From positions 77,824 through 141,823 of the forward strand of contig JBDRMK010000017.1 in the NCBI GenBank assembly GCA_043812155.1: 64,000 bases of DNA, given 5' to 3'. The notes under the pieces were generated by a model. That model ran no database searches. It was not told the DNA's origin and worked only from the letters and a program-made list of their open reading frames with translations. This document shows positions 47,560 to 55,399 of this stretch, one piece after another. This stretch comes from Patescibacteria group bacterium (GTDB taxonomy: Bacteria > Patescibacteriota > Patescibacteriia > JAXHNJ01). Numbering within the stretch: the first letter of the stretch is position 1; every line of letters begins with the position of its first letter. The translations under genes were made by a program, and so were the position numbers.

Positions 47560-48291
47560 TTACGCGGCTTTTTCCGTCGGCTCTTTATCGTCTTCCGCGG
47601 AAATTTCATTTTGCTCTTTTATTATTTTCTTTTGTTCCCTTATATCCTTCCTAATCATACTCGCTGGACCGCGGCCAGCAAAACCTTTCTTCACGTAGTC
47701 AATTTGTTTAGTGGTTGACGCCAAATCAAGACCTTTATCACGCTGTAAGACTCCTGATGTTTCGAGAATTCCACCTTTTTTTTTCATAGCGCTTACTAAT
47801 CCAAGATCTCTATCCGGCCCCATCGCATTTTCCATTTTTTTCTCCCAATTATCCGGGATCGCGTCGCCAAATTTCGCTTCCGTTGCTCGCCAGGCTCTTT
47901 CCATAATAGTCTTTAATCTATTAACTAATAGTGTGGCTTCCGAGGTGCTTAAATTTTTCGCGCCTTCTCTTTCAGCCTTATTTCTTAATCTTATAACATC
48001 GCCATCTCGATTTAACATCAAGTCAGTTTCCTTTTTAAAAAAACGAAAAATTCTTCCTTTATTCTCATATTCTCTCCGCTTCGCTTCAGGCATATTAATA
48101 TCTGGAATGGCATATTGATTCGTCTCATCGCCCATCTCAACCAGAGCTTTGCCTAATGAAGGCTCCAAACCATAAAACTGGGAATCAACCGGATACCTGC
48201 CTATATGTTCTTCAGCGACCTCATTTGATGCTGACGGAAAATCTTCGGCCGGTCCGATTTCTAATTTTGATGTTTCCTCACCATTAGCCAT
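47560..48291 (-). CDS. Hypothetical protein, 243 aa.
   Basis: ORF only. Confidence 0.45.
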   Translation of the reverse strand: MANGEETSKLEIGPAEDFPSASNEVAEEHIGRYPVDSQFYGLEPSLGKALVEMGDETNQYAIPDINMPEAKRREYENKGRIFRFFKKETDLMLNRDGDVIRLRNKAEREGAKNLSTSEATLLVNRLKTIMERAWRATEAKFGDAIPDNWEKKMENAMGPDRDLGLVSAMKKKGGILETSGVLQRDKGLDLASTTKQIDYVKKGFAGRGPASMIRKDIREQKKIIKEQNEISAEDDKEPTEKAA

Positions 48292-48309
48292 ATGTTTATC
48301 AATTAATAT

Positions 48310-48840
48310 TTATCTTCTCCTGTTCGGCCTTCGCGGGCCGATAGGCAATAAAAATTTCTTTTTATTGGCGGATAAATCGGTAAATTCATCAGCGGTTTCC
48401 TTCAGTTTAGTAGAGCAGGATTCGCCGAAAGCCATCACTTCCACAAAACAGCCTTTGTTTGTTTTTAAATAATTGACCAAAGGCAGGTAATCGCCGTCGC
48501 CGGTGACTAAAATAACCGTGTCCATTTTATTGGCAAGCAAAACGGCGTCAATAGTGATGCCGACGTCCCAGTCGCCTTTTTTCGCTCCCCCCCAGAAAAC
48601 CTGTAAATCTTTCATCTTCACTTCAAAACCCTGCTTGTCTAGGGCTTCAAAAAAATTCTGTTCTTCTTGGCTGGCCGCTTTAATAACGTAAGCGATCGCC
48701 CGGATCAGTTTCCGGCCGGAAACCGCTTCTTCCAAAATTTTGCCGAAATTTACTTTCGCCCCGTACAGATTTTTAGCAGAATGATACATGTTAGAAACGT
48801 CAACAAAAACTCCAACCCGCTGCTCAAGATGCTTTATCAT
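48310..48840 (-). CDS. NYN-domain (LabA-like, PIN-related) ribonuclease-fold protein.
   Basis: VGVFVDVSNMYHSA and ILVTGDGDYLPLVNYLK motifs. Confidence 0.7.
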   Translation of the reverse strand: MIKHLEQRVGVFVDVSNMYHSAKNLYGAKVNFGKILEEAVSGRKLIRAIAYVIKAASQEEQNFFEALDKQGFEVKMKDLQVFWGGAKKGDWDVGITIDAVLLANKMDTVILVTGDGDYLPLVNYLKTNKGCFVEVMAFGESCSTKLKETADEFTDLSANKKKFLLPIGPRRPNRRR

Positions 48841-49106
48841 TATTTCAATTTTAATTTTTTAATTAAAGACTCGTAGCCTTTCTGATTGTCTTTTTCCAGG
48901 TATTTTAAAAGCCGCCGGCGCAGTCCCACTTTGCGCAAAAGCCCGCGGCGGGAAGAGAAATCTTTTTTATGGGTTTTTAAGTGATCCGTCAGCTGCCGGA
49001 TCTCCTCCGAGAGAATGGCGATCTGCACTTCGCTTGAACCGGTGTCAGAAGCATGAGTCTTGTACTTCTCAATGATTCGGTCTTTTTGCAGTTTTGATAA
49101 AGGCAT
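48840..49106 (-). CDS. rpsO: 30S ribosomal protein S15.
   Basis: [29 protein letters not shown] signature. 88 aa. Confidence 0.9.
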   Translation of the reverse strand: MPLSKLQKDRIIEKYKTHASDTGSSEVQIAILSEEIRQLTDHLKTHKKDFSSRRGLLRKVGLRRRLLKYLEKDNQKGYESLIKKLKLK

Positions 49107-49581
49107 ACTTTTTCCTTTGTCCGCGCCTTCCCAGTTAAGTCTTTGGCTTAACGCGAGAAAACGTAGCTAATAATTAATAAGATAATAATGACATAAAGGC
49201 GGTTAAAGGTCAAGAGGCATCTTGGCTAATTTATAATGAAGCACAAAATTCAAAGCTCAAAATCCAAAACAATACCTAATGATCAAAATTCAAATATCAA
49301 AACCAATCCGCCGTCAACCTTAATTTATTTCAGGGTCTCCTTTTATTCAATAAAGTCTTGATAAAGCGGAAGATGCTGAAACCACGCCAGGGACGGCCAG
49401 GCAATTTCAGTATGACGGAGGAAAGAGCGGGTTTTTGATTTAAGATTTTGAATTTATAATTTGTTTTGTGCTTTGTGCTTTGAATTTATAACCAAAATCA
49501 CCCTCAAAATCATGCTTATCGCAAAAAACATAACCATAACTTAGTCTTGCCATTTAAGTCTTTGTGTCGTAAAATGTAATC

Positions 49582-50319
49582 ATGCAAGAGGAAATAAAAA
49601 ACTTGATGGCGGATTTCATTAAAGCCAAAAAACAGGAAGTTAATTCGGCCACCCTCAATAATTACAGATTTTATCTTAACCGTTTTTTTTATCTTTTAAA
49701 CTTGTCAGGGCCGGAAGAACTTAATTATCAAACCGTCAGGGCTTTTCGGGGAAAATTAAATCAGCTAAAATTAAGCCCCGCCACGCAGAACTACCACCTG
49801 ATCGCCCTGCGATCATTCTTAAAGTTTTTAAACGAAGAAAACATCAACAACCTTGATCCAAAAAAAATAACTCTATATCCGGTGAAGATTTCCAAAAATG
49901 AGCCCGTGACAAAAAAAGAAATAGAAAAAATAATGGAAACACCGGACAAAGATGATGTTTCAAAAATTATCAACAAAAGGGACAAGCTCCTCCTGGAACT
50001 GCTTTTTTCCTCACAGTATAAAGTGTCAAAAATTGCCAAGTTGAAAATAAAGGAAGTCTCCGGTTTAAAAATTGGCGAGCAGGGAAAATACTGGCTAAAA
50101 TTGTATTTAAAATCCAGAAAGGATAAAAGCGAATTTCTTTTTATCCGCCATGACCGAGCTCAACCAAAAGCCATGCGCCATAAGCCATACGCCATAAGCC
50201 CTCTGACGGCACGCTCCATCCAAAGAATCGTCGCTTCTTGCGCCAAGAAAGCCGGCATTAGGAAAAAAATCACGCCGGAAAGCTTCAGAAATATTGCGAT
50301 AAATTATTTTTTTACTTAA
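49582..50319 (+). CDS. Tyrosine recombinase (XerC/XerD/phage-integrase-like) that is C-terminally degenerate; it lacks the catalytic RHR-Y region.
   Basis: The N-terminal SAM-like core-binding domain is recognisable (YRFYLNRFF...LSPATQNYHLIALRSFLKFL). The C-terminus ends ITPESFRNIAINYFFT with no HxxR or catalytic Tyr. Confidence 0.55.
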   Translation: MQEEIKNLMADFIKAKKQEVNSATLNNYRFYLNRFFYLLNLSGPEELNYQTVRAFRGKLNQLKLSPATQNYHLIALRSFLKFLNEENINNLDPKKITLYPVKISKNEPVTKKEIEKIMETPDKDDVSKIINKRDKLLLELLFSSQYKVSKIAKLKIKEVSGLKIGEQGKYWLKLYLKSRKDKSEFLFIRHDRAQPKAMRHKPYAISPLTARSIQRIVASCAKKAGIRKKITPESFRNIAINYFFT

Positions 50320-50330
50320 TCCTAATAACA

Positions 50331-50461
50331 TGCTATAATAAAATTAAATAAAATCGCCTTGGACGATAGGGAGCAAAAAACGAAAGGTCTCGCTTAAATA
50401 GAGCGTTTATTAAGCCAGGAACTATCGTCAATTATAACCGGCTAGCGTCGGTTATTTTTTA
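50331..50461 (+). promoter_or_regulatory. Candidate leader or small RNA upstream of the cation antiporter gene: extended -10 promoter, ~90-nt structured region and an intrinsic terminator.
   Basis: TGCTATAAT at 50331-50339. 8-bp stem gacgatag / ctatcgtc enclosing aaacg...cgttt. Terminator stem ataaccg-gctagcgt-cggttat followed by TTTTTT at 50434-50461, 30 nt before the antiporter ATG. Confidence 0.4.
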
Positions 50462-50491
50462 TCGCATTTTTAAGTTATTAATATATTTAAC

Positions 50492-51451
50492 ATGATATTT
50501 TCCATACTGCTATTAATTATGGGGCTGATAATTTTAATCGCGGGCGCCGAAGGACTGGTACGCGGTTCAACTTCGCTGGCGAAAAAAATCGGCATTCCCC
50601 CCTTGATTATCGGTTTAACCATCGTCGCTTTCGGCACCTCAATGCCAGAATTAATTGTCAATATTTTTGCCGCTCTGGAAAAGACCTCAGACATCGCCGT
50701 CGGCAATATCATCGGCAGTAATATTTTTAATATTCTATTTATATTAGGGCTGGTTTCGATTTTCCGCCCCTTGACGGTAAAGAGCAGCACTGTCTGGAAG
50801 GAAATTCCTTTCGCTCTATTGGCGATGATTATGGTATTCATTATGGGAAATGACAGTTTTTTTGATAAAACCGGATTAAACGCTCTGACCCGCACAGACG
50901 GTTTTTCGCTGATCGCCATGTTCCTAATTTTTATGATTTATATTCTCAGTTTGGCCAAAAAAAACAAGGACGAAGAGCAAGAAAAAATAAAAATATATTC
51001 TTGGGGAATATCCATATCGTTTATTTCTGGCGGATTAATTCTATTGTTCTTGGGAGGAAAACTTTTAGTGGACAGCGCTATAGTGCTCGCCCAGCTGGCC
51101 GGTTTGTCGGAATCGCTGATTGGCCTGACTATTGTCGCAATCGGAACTTCTTTGCCGGAATTAGCCACTTCCGCGATAGCCGCTTATCACCGACATAACG
51201 ATATTGCGGTGGGCAATATTGTCGGATCCAATATTTTTAACATTTTCTGGATACTTGGCCTGACGAGCTCTATTTTTAAACTTCCGTTTAACCCTGGCAC
51301 CAATGTGGATTTAACAGCCGGAATAATAGCGACTTTTCTGCTATTTATTTTCATGTTTATCGGAACTCGGAAAAAATTAGATCGCTGGCAAGGAGTTTTA
51401 TTTCTGATGTCGTACATCGCTTACACGATATATCTCATCATAAGAGGATAA
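50492..51451 (+). CDS. CaCA-family sodium/calcium exchanger (YrbG-like).
   Basis: Two alpha-repeat motifs GNIIGSNIFNILFILG and GNIVGSNIFNIFWILG. GTSMPEL and GTSLPEL motifs. ~10 TM helices. Confidence 0.8.
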   Translation: MIFSILLLIMGLIILIAGAEGLVRGSTSLAKKIGIPPLIIGLTIVAFGTSMPELIVNIFAALEKTSDIAVGNIIGSNIFNILFILGLVSIFRPLTVKSSTVWKEIPFALLAMIMVFIMGNDSFFDKTGLNALTRTDGFSLIAMFLIFMIYILSLAKKNKDEEQEKIKIYSWGISISFISGGLILLFLGGKLLVDSAIVLAQLAGLSESLIGLTIVAIGTSLPELATSAIAAYHRHNDIAVGNIVGSNIFNIFWILGLTSSIFKLPFNPGTNVDLTAGIIATFLLFIFMFIGTRKKLDRWQGVLFLMSYIAYTIYLIIRG

Positions 51452-51584
51452 ACATATTAATTGGCGGCGCAAGATATTCAATTGACTAATTTTCAGTTTT
51501 TTGTTATTTTTACACTACTTTTGTCCCTGTAGTTTCCGCCCGAGGCGGACCCGCCCTGGGCTGGCAACGGACAATTTATTTATG

Positions 51585-51656
51585 AGCCCCTGTAGTTCAA
51601 CGGATAGAACAACAGCCTTCTAAGCTGTGGATACAGGTTCAATTCCTGTCGGGGGT
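51585..51656 (+). tRNA. tRNA-Arg (anticodon TCT).
   Basis: Hand-folded cloverleaf: acceptor GCCCCTG / CGGGGGT with two G-U pairs; D-arm GTTC-AACGGATA-GAAC; anticodon arm ACAGC-CTTCTAA-GCTGT; T-arm ACAGG-TTCAATT-CCTGT; discriminator A. Confidence 0.75.
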
Positions 51657-51788
51657 AAATAACGAAATAATCATGGTGCCTGTGGTGTAGTGGTTCGCAC
51701 ACGACTCTGCCCGCCCCGCTCGCCAAAGACAAATTAAAATATTATTTCTATTATATAAATTAAAAACTTAATTGAAGGGTTGCAGAAG

Positions 51789-51861
51789 GGTGACTATAGT
51801 GTAGTAGTTAGCACAGAGCCCTGTGGAGGCTTTAGCGAGGGTGCAAATCCCTCTAGTCACC
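51789..51861 (+). tRNA. tRNA-His (anticodon GTG) with an encoded G-1 paired to discriminator C73.
   Basis: Acceptor GTGACTA / TAGTCAC plus G-1:C73; D-arm GTGT-AGTAGTTA-GCAC; anticodon arm GAGCC-CTGTGGA-GGCTT; T-arm GAGGG-TGCAAAT-CCCTC. Confidence 0.75.
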
Positions 51862-51976
51862 CTTCTGCATCTCTAACATTTCTATGGCTCGCTTTGGCGG
51901 GCCGGGGTGGCAAGGGTTCTGCGCCAAAGGCGCATCAGCCTCTGGCTGAAATTCCCATCAGTTCCCCACCAAAAAT

Positions 51977-52000
51977 CATTCCTAAAAGGAATGGTTTTTG
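51977..52000 (+). terminator. Putative terminator downstream of the tRNA pair.
   Basis: Stem cattcc-taaaa-ggaatg followed by gtttttg. Confidence 0.35.
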
Positions 52001-52017
52001 CTGTCAAGATAATTAAA

Positions 52018-52045
52018 GGAACTCCGTCCAGACGGAGCTCCTTAA
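52018..52045 (-). terminator. Putative intrinsic terminator for the minus-strand gene ending at 52066.
   Basis: Imperfect palindrome ggaactccgtc-caga-cggagctcc, followed on the minus strand by TTTAATTAT. Confidence 0.4.
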
Positions 52046-52065
52046 TTTAGTGGAATTAATATTTT

Positions 52066-52707
52066 TTAACCTTTCGCTTCCAAGCCGGCCAGTTCAAAAA
52101 AATCGCTTTCCGCTGCCTGATACTGGATTTGAATTGCGTCAAGATCACTTTTTGCGGTATCAATCTGACTGGTTAAACCGTCAATTTCCAGGCCTAAATC
52201 GTCTATGGTTTTTTGATCCGCCGCGCTAATAGTCGAGGATTTCTCCATGATACTGATCATGGATTTCAGTTTTTCAAGCATCTGGGTTTGAAGGTCATTA
52301 TATGTGATTTTTGCCGTATTTTCCTTCCCGGCCATCTCAATAAAGTTATCTGCGCTTGTCTTTATTTCAGCATCTTTTATTCCTTCAGCGGCGGTTTTCA
52401 ATTCAGCTATTTTGGCTTCCGCGGCGTCCAATTTCGCCGCCGCCTCGGCTTTCCGAGCCAGGGCGCTTTCAAGGATAACAAGCGCCTCAGTATAGTTTTT
52501 TTCATTTACTTGCTGTTCAAATTCATTCCAACCGGGCAAGATGGTCAAATCAGAAACTTGCGCCGCTTCTTCGTCTAGGGCTACTTTTTCGTTATGCGTG
52601 TCAATAAACGCTTGCGGCACTTTTGAAGCCGTCAAAAGGCTGTAGCCAAAAAACCCTAAAATTCCCAAGACCACCAGGATAATAACGATAATGACTGGTT
52701 TTTTCAT
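52066..52707 (-). CDS. Membrane-anchored coiled-coil protein, hypothetical.
   Basis: N-terminal TM (VIIVIILVVLGILGFFGYSLL) followed by Ala/Glu/Lys-rich helical sequence. Confidence 0.5.
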   Translation of the reverse strand: MKKPVIIVIILVVLGILGFFGYSLLTASKVPQAFIDTHNEKVALDEEAAQVSDLTILPGWNEFEQQVNEKNYTEALVILESALARKAEAAAKLDAAEAKIAELKTAAEGIKDAEIKTSADNFIEMAGKENTAKITYNDLQTQMLEKLKSMISIMEKSSTISAADQKTIDDLGLEIDGLTSQIDTAKSDLDAIQIQYQAAESDFFELAGLEAKG

Positions 52708-53112
52708 AATTTTTAATTTAATAATTATTTCTTTCTTGCTTATTCTTTTTTAATCATAACACAACTGCTTTTTGATTAAAAGCGACCGATATTTACTGTA
52801 TAAAACGGTCGCATAAACATCAGCGGCCATTGGACTAACTAAAATTCAGCCAAGTATGATTAAATAATATTCAGCCCTTGATTTTATTCTAAAATTCAGT
52901 TAGAATACCTTATCATTCATCATTAACAATACTTGTATGGCAAAAAGAGCGCACGCGGTGGGCCGGACGCAAAGGTCCCATTCTCACAAAACAAAAAAGA
53001 GACTGGAAATAAAAAGACTGATGCTTGAAGCCAGGGCCAAAAAATACCGTAAATAGAATTTTTAGGATAAAAAAACGCCTCTAAAAATTAGGAGGTGTTT
53101 TTAGTTAAGAGA

Positions 53113-53121
53113 TGGTATAAT
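53113..53121 (+). promoter_or_regulatory. Extended -10 promoter element TGGTATAAT, 14 nt upstream of the ATG at 53136; the transcript would be near-leaderless.
   Basis: Perfect TGnTATAAT match. An upstream hairpin aaaaacgcctc...gaggtgttttt (53070-53107) could terminate upstream transcription. Confidence 0.4.
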
Positions 53122-53135
53122 AAATATATATTACT

Positions 53136-53564
53136 ATGAACCAAATACTCCCGTCGGAAAACCCTGCCAAGAAATCTAAAAAAATTTTATATGGATTGCT
53201 GATTGGTATGGCCGCGATCATCCTGCTGGGAATATGTTTAGGCTATTGGTATAACCAACTGCCGAAAAACAATCCGCAAAGGAGCCAATATACTTGCGAA
53301 CAAGCCGGCGGGCAGTGGCTGGTAGATGAATCGACTTGTCTGATTTCCAACCGGTTGGCCGGCGAGGCATGCACTGACGGCGGGCAATGCCAGTCCGGCG
53401 TCTGTTTTCCGCCTGACTTGACTGAAGAACATCAAGCCGCCGTCACCCGGGGAGAAAAAGTCTCCGGCCTGACCGGCACCTGTTATCCGGAAGAGTTGAT
53501 TGGAGACTGCGTAAAACAGATTCTCAAAGGAACCGTCTCGCGGGAATCGCTCTGTATTGAATGA
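53136..53564 (+). CDS. Small membrane-anchored Cys-containing extracytoplasmic protein, hypothetical.
   Basis: N-terminal TM (LYGLLIGMAAIILLGICLGYW) and eight Cys residues. Confidence 0.5.
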   Translation: MNQILPSENPAKKSKKILYGLLIGMAAIILLGICLGYWYNQLPKNNPQRSQYTCEQAGGQWLVDESTCLISNRLAGEACTDGGQCQSGVCFPPDLTEEHQAAVTRGEKVSGLTGTCYPEELIGDCVKQILKGTVSRESLCIE

Positions 53565-53585
53565 TATTTTTTCAAAAAAATTAGT

Positions 53586-53783
53586 ATGGATATGGACGGA
53601 CAACAAAGAGAAAATATAAGACCGGGTTTGAAAGTGGCAATCGTCTTGAAAAAAGACCAGACTTCCGGTCGGCTGACTGAAGGAATAGTCAGGGATATTT
53701 TGACTAATTCCTCTTTCCATCCGCATGGCATCAAGGTCAGATTGGAAACAGGAGAAGTGGGAAGAGTTAAGGAAATTTTTTAA
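53586..53783 (+). CDS. YwbE-family (DUF2196) small conserved protein.
   Basis: IRPGLKVAIVLKKDQTSGRLTEGIVRDILTNSSFHPHGIKVRLETGEVGRV closely follows the YwbE family pattern. Confidence 0.7.
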   Translation: MDMDGQQRENIRPGLKVAIVLKKDQTSGRLTEGIVRDILTNSSFHPHGIKVRLETGEVGRVKEIF

Positions 53784-53788
53784 TCCCT

Positions 53789-54127
53789 ATGAACCCAATT
53801 GTTATTATCGTCATTGCCCAATTGCTATTCACGACTAGCGACCTGGTTGGTCGCCATTTTATGACTACAAATGGATTCACACTCAAGTCATTTTTAAGTT
53901 TGTGGTTTTTGGGATACTTTCTCATACGCAACATAGCAATGTTCGGTCAACTGTATGTTTTTTCAAAAATTGAGCTTGGACACTCAATGGCTTTATTCGG
54001 AGCGACATCAATCGTTTTGGCGAATGTGTTAGGCTTTTTGTTCCTGAAAGAAGTTTTGTCACCAGTAACATATATCGGTATTGTTTTAGCGATTGGGGCG
54101 TTCTTAATCCTTGCTGTCCGCATCTAA
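53789..54127 (+). CDS. Small four-helix membrane protein (DMT/EamA-like half-transporter or SMR-like).
   Basis: 112 aa with four hydrophobic segments. Confidence 0.45.
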   Translation: MNPIVIIVIAQLLFTTSDLVGRHFMTTNGFTLKSFLSLWFLGYFLIRNIAMFGQLYVFSKIELGHSMALFGATSIVLANVLGFLFLKEVLSPVTYIGIVLAIGAFLILAVRI

Positions 54128-54275
54128 CTTTTATAAATTTCAATGAAGAAAACTTTAAATCAAAAAGCCCGAATATATCTCTAGTGTTATGGCTTATTTT
54201 TTGTCCAGACGAAATTAGTTGCTCTTTCTGGCAGCCCTTCGGCCCGGCTCAGGGCAGGCTCCAAGAGCCAAAGAC

Positions 54276-54353
54276 TGCTGGGGGCTTCAGTTTTTGATAC
54301 CTCTAACATCTTAGTCTATTCTTAAACAAAAAAGGAAGCCCCCAGACCCCCAG
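54276..54353. repeat. 78-bp long-loop hairpin repeat (copy 1), stem ctgggggcttc / gaagcccccag, with a trailing agacccccagc.
   Basis: Near-identical (~90%) to the reverse complement of 60293-60370. Confidence 0.6.
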
Positions 54354-54699
54354 CACTCTAAAGTCTTTTAGTTACTGCTAATTTTTTACAGCGGGATTTT
54401 TTTATAAAATTAATATTCCACGTTTTTGCTACACGAGATACAGAAAACCAGGCGGACGAGGGGGCTCCGGGGGCAAAGCTGGAAGCCAAACGGCCACACG
54501 GGAAAACCTTGCCCTGCTCTCGCGGTTTTTTGCCCCCGGAACTTTTGCAACTTTTGGTTACAAAAGTTGAAATCATCAACCTAAAGCAAAAATTCAGTTA
54601 AACTACCAGGACTACACTCAAATAATAGATAAAGAAAAAAGAGATTCTTTAAAACCGCCCCTTTTCGCCCTAAACCGGGTTTTTTGGTAGAATATATAT

Positions 54700-55329
54700 A
54701 TGACTGAAGAAAAATACATCAGACTGAATACTGTTTTAAAGCCGCCGCAGGAAATTGTAGAAAAGGTAATTACTTTAAGCCAGGAAATCGGAAAAAAGCA
54801 CGCCGCGGAATTTATATTGGATGGCCGGAATTTTTTTCCTCATCTCACTCTTTATTCCCCGGAATATCCCCAAAACCGATTAGATGATGTCATGGAAAAA
54901 GTAAATATACTGGCGGAAGAATTTCCAGCCGTTAATATGGAATATAAGGGTCTTAGATCCGGCCAAGGCTTTATCGTTCTTGATTTTGCCCTGACTCCGG
55001 CCATCAAAAAAATGCACGAAACGATTGTAAAAATTTTGAATCCATTAAGGGAGGGGCATCACAAGGAAAAATATGACGCCCCGGATTACCAGATGAAAAT
55101 GTCCGATGAGCAAAAAAACAATATTATAAAATACGGTTATCCTGACGCGATGGGTTTATATCATCCGCATCTTTCTATCATTCGCCTGAAAGATGAAAAA
55201 ATCGCCCGGGAAATTTGCCAAAATTTAACCTGGTCAGAAAAAGAATTTACTATAGACACCCTGGCAGTCTATAAGATGGGAAAACACGGCACTTGCACGG
55301 AACTGGAGGCTGAATTCAAACTTTCATAA
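54700..55329 (+). CDS. 2H phosphoesterase superfamily protein (LigT-like 2'-5' RNA ligase / cyclic phosphodiesterase).
   Basis: Two H-x-T/S-x motifs (HLTLY and HPHLSII) with appropriate spacing. Confidence 0.55.
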   Translation: MTEEKYIRLNTVLKPPQEIVEKVITLSQEIGKKHAAEFILDGRNFFPHLTLYSPEYPQNRLDDVMEKVNILAEEFPAVNMEYKGLRSGQGFIVLDFALTPAIKKMHETIVKILNPLREGHHKEKYDAPDYQMKMSDEQKNNIIKYGYPDAMGLYHPHLSIIRLKDEKIAREICQNLTWSEKEFTIDTLAVYKMGKHGTCTELEAEFKLS

Positions 55330-55350
55330 AAAAATATTAACATAAAAAAT

Positions 55351-55378
55351 GACCCGCGGAAGATAACTCCCGCGGGTC
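55351..55378 (-). terminator. Intrinsic terminator downstream of purL.
   Basis: 9-bp GC-rich stem gacccgcgg / ccgcgggtc with a 10-nt loop, followed on the minus strand by ATTTTTTATG. Confidence 0.55.
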
Positions 55379-55399
55379 GGTTAAGGTTCATAAGAAAGT

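Noticed and set aside
51663-51712. Possible third tRNA gene between tRNA-Arg and tRNA-His.
   Set aside because: Only an acceptor-strand plus D-arm can be folded, and no complementary 3' half or T-arm is present nearby. It is reported as a fragment, not a gene.
52936-53028. Small basic ORF MAKRAHAVGRTQRSHFSQNKKETGNKKTDA, initially read as a possible tiny ribosomal-protein-like gene.
   Set aside because: A careful recount gives only 30 codons. The attractive longer basic peptide is in a different frame with no start codon. The case is not supportable without assuming yet another frameshift.
54358-54579. 73-aa minus-strand ORF in the intergenic region upstream of the LigT-like gene.
   Set aside because: It overlaps two strong hairpin structures, has odd composition and no motif. 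The region is more plausibly non-coding structured sequence.
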